A stretch of 64,000 bases of DNA from Marmoricola sp. (GTDB lineage Bacteria > Actinomycetota > Actinomycetes > Propionibacteriales > Nocardioidaceae), in NCBI GenBank assembly GCA_044224695.1, contig JBGAJX010000004.1, forward strand, positions 24,588 to 88,587, in the 5' to 3' direction. The notes below the pieces were generated by a model, which saw only the letters and a program-made list of their open reading frames with translations, was not told the origin of the DNA and did no database searches. This document shows positions 61,825-64,000 of this stretch, piece by piece. The position numbers and the translations under genes were made by a program. How positions within the stretch are numbered: position 1 is the stretch's first letter; every line of letters starts with the position of its first letter.

Positions 61825-64000
61825 CGTTGGCGGGCTCCTTCCTCGATCGCGGCGATGCGGGCAAGACGACCGCGGAGCTCCGCGACCTCGGCCAGGAACG
61901 CCTCTCGGCCGGCGCGGGCCTGTTCCCGCGACTCGACCAGCCCCTTGTTGCGCGCCAGGGCCAGCGCAGCGGCGTACAGCTCACGCGAGACCGACTCCGG
62001 ACTCGCGATCCGTCCCTGGAGCGCCAACTGGCGCCCGTAGCCCAGGCACGAAGAGAGGAACTCCTCCTCCTCGGGGAGAGCGTCGCCCAGCTCGACGAGA
62101 CGTTCGGCGACGACGAGCTGGGCGTCCAGGAACGGCTGGAGCGTACGCCGTGCCACCAGTGCCCCGGCGTGCTTGCGCAGCGTCTCCTCGGCGTACGACG
62201 CGTCCGGGTCGGACTTGCGCCAGTCGTCGGCCAGGAGATCCAGCTCCGCACCCAGCTGGGAGAGGAAGGGTTCCTTGGGCGGGAAGAAGAACTCGAACTT
62301 CAGCAGGTCGCGGATCCGCAGCGCCTCCTCCTGCGAGGCCGCCAGCAACGCTTCCTCGTCGCGGCCCACGTCGCCCTCGGCCACGGCCAGCAGCGACAAC
62401 TCGACGATGGACCGGTTGACCAGGTGGTGCAGGGCGCCGTTGCGGTAGTAGGCGGCGATCGCGTGGTTGCCCGGCGTGATCGACCAGACCGGGTCGCGGC
62501 CGCCGTCGTAGCGGCTGAGCACTCCGGCATCGGTGAGCGCGCCGAGCGTACGCCGCAGCCCGAGCCCCCGGCACAGCGCCGGGTCCGGCCCGGGCAGACC
62601 GCGCTGGGCGATGTAGCCCAGCAGGGGCGCGAGGATCTCCTCGATCTCGCTCTCGGTGTAGGCGCGGCTCTCCGCGCCCAGCAACGCGAACGTGGCCAGG
62701 GAGGTGGCCGAGATCGGGGTGGCGGCGTTGATCCCGTCCATCACCCGGAAGGCGACCTTCTCCAAACGGGCCCGGCCCTCGCCCGCCTCGGCCAGCGCCT
62801 CGCGCAGCGAGAACGGCTCACCGAAGCGCACCCGCGCCGTACCCAGGTGCACCTTGCGCTGCGCGGAGACGTAGGAGACCAGCCAGCCCAGGCTCTCGGC
62901 CTTCTTGGTGCCGCCCGCGGACTCCTGTGCCATCGCATTGATCTCGTGCAACTGGTCGTAGACCAACGAGGTCGGCACCACCATCACGTCGGCCTCGGGG
63001 AGCTGCTCGACGGCGTCGACCACGTAGGACAGCAGGCCCAGCATGGGCTTGCGCAGCTTGCCGGTACGGCTGCGGCCGCCCTCGATGTACCACTCGAGAT
63101 TGAACCGCTTCTCCACCAGGTGGGAGAGGTAGGAGCGCATCGCGAACTTGTAGACCGGGTCGTCGCCGAACTTGCGGCGGATGAAGATCATCCCGGCGCG
63201 GCGGGCGATCGTGCTCAGCGGCCAGAGTCGCAGGTTGTTGCCGCCGAGCACGTGGTTCGGCGGGAAGTCGTGCTCGCGCAGCACGTCGGCGAGCACGAGC
63301 GGGTCGACGTAGGACCGGTGCGAGGGCAGGAACACCAACGCATGGCTGCGGTTGAGCGTGCGCAGCCGGTCCAGGGTGGCCAGGTCGACCTGCACGGTCC
63401 AGGTGCGCTCGTGCATCAGGCTCAGCGTCGAGGAGAAGATGTCGTCCATCAGCCGGCTCTGGGTGGCCACGAAACTCGACATCTTGTCGATCGCCTCGCC
63501 GAACACCACCTGCTCGGGGCGGCCGATCTCGGCGGCCAACGACGCGACGCCCTCGCGGAAGCGGGCGCTGCTGGAGATCTGCTCGGCGACCAGACGCGGC
63601 ACCTTGTAACGGTCGCCGATCACCTGGCGTTCGGCGCGCTCGGCGGACAGGGCGGCCTGCAGCGCCACCCATTGCTCGAAGGGCTCTTGCGGGTCCGCGA
63701 CCCGGGAGAAGCGCGTCCGCAGGTCGGCCACGGTGGCGGACTCCCCGGCCACCACGCGCAGCCGGTCCGGGGACTTGCGGGCGATCCGCGGCTGCGACCA
63801 TGCGCGCGGACGACGGGGGTTCGTCAGCGCCAGGACGTCGGCGACCGAGACCCGGCGTTCGCCGTTGCGCACCGGCGGCAACCAGACCACGCGGGCCGGG
63901 ACGATCTCGGTCTCCGGCGCCAGATCCGTCAGCGGGGCCTCGGCAAGCGCGTGGACCTCGGCCCCGGGCAGGTGCGTCGCGGCCCACGAACGGACCGCCT
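61821..64000 (-). CDS. plsB: Glycerol-3-phosphate acyltransferase (PlsB-type), N-terminus probably beyond window edge
   Basis: Motifs FLPSHRSYVDPLVL (HX4D) and YIEGGRSRTGK. The track starts at GTG 63890, but the same frame stays open to position 64000 (AVRSWAATHLPGAEVHALAEAPLTDLAPETEIVPAR-VVWLPP), so the true start may lie outside the window. Confidence 0.88.
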   Translation of the reverse strand, partial: AVRSWAATHLPGAEVHALAEAPLTDLAPETEIVPARVVWLPPVRNGERRVSVADVLALTNPRRPRAWSQPRIARKSPDRLRVVAGESATVADLRTRFSRVADPQEPFEQWVALQAALSAERAERQVIGDRYKVPRLVAEQISSSARFREGVASLAAEIGRPEQVVFGEAIDKMSSFVATQSRLMDDIFSSTLSLMHERTWTVQVDLATLDRLRTLNRSHALVFLPSHRSYVDPLVLADVLREHDFPPNHVLGGNNLRLWPLSTIARRAGMIFIRRKFGDDPVYKFAMRSYLSHLVEKRFNLEWYIEGGRSRTGKLRKPMLGLLSYVVDAVEQLPEADVMVVPTSLVYDQLHEINAMAQESAGGTKKAESLGWLVSYVSAQRKVHLGTARVRFGEPFSLREALAEAGEGRARLEKVAFRVMDGINAATPISATSLATFALLGAESRAYTESEIEEILAPLLGYIAQRGLPGPDPALCRGLGLRRTLGALTDAGVLSRYDGGRDPVWSITPGNHAIAAYYRNGALHHLVNRSIVELSLLAVAEGDVGRDEEALLAASQEEALRIRDLLKFEFFFPPKEPFLSQLGAELDLLADDWRKSDPDASYAEETLRKHAGALVARRTLQPFLDAQLVVAERLVELGDALPEEEEFLSSCLGYGRQLALQGRIASPESVSRELYAAALALARNKGLVESREQARAGREAFLAEVAELRGRLARIAAIEEGARQR

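Overview
This is a very GC-rich actinobacterial chromosomal segment. Gene content and synteny look like Nocardioides-type Propionibacteriales or a related member of the Actinomycetota, but the taxon cannot be verified here.

**What I call:** about 58 protein-coding genes, one tRNA-Ser(CGA), several operator-like palindromes, hairpins and short tandem repeats.

**Content is overwhelmingly core or housekeeping:**
- clpB with an HspR (HAIR) operator
- pyrE, fba, purA/purD/purB, menB, upp and tadA
- a canonical pntA-pntB pair
- two class-I aminotransferases
- a K+/H+ antiporter
- an MMPL transporter with a divergent TetR regulator
- a plsB / HAD-plsC fusion / WS-DGAT triacylglycerol operon
- three orphan sensor kinases

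**No mobile or defence system:** I see no integrase, transposase, phage, CRISPR or recognisable defence or toxin-antitoxin genes, and no compositional island. I therefore do not think the window carries a mobile or defence system.

**The most unusual items:**
1. A second transhydrogenase-like gene pair (30863..33069). It consists of a soluble dI-like protein plus a dIII domain on a minimal membrane anchor, with no proton-channel domain.
2. A small ParB/Srx-like protein translationally coupled to a LytR_C protein. It sits 23 bp head-to-head with a HerA-like (DUF853) ATPase.
3. Two KstR-type operators sharing the 10-mer GAACTAGAAC. One lies in front of an SDR gene, the other in front of a phosphotransferase / unknown / NTF2-like operon.
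4. A LuxR regulator with two tandem HTH domains.
5. Long imperfect palindromes in two intergenic regions.

**Limits:** all functional names come from motif recognition by eye on the supplied translations; no database search was possible. Many long ORFs in the track are antisense or out-of-frame shadows typical of high-GC DNA, and I rejected them. I moved several starts downstream of the track's longest-ORF start on the basis of RBS, third-position GC and neighbour overlap.
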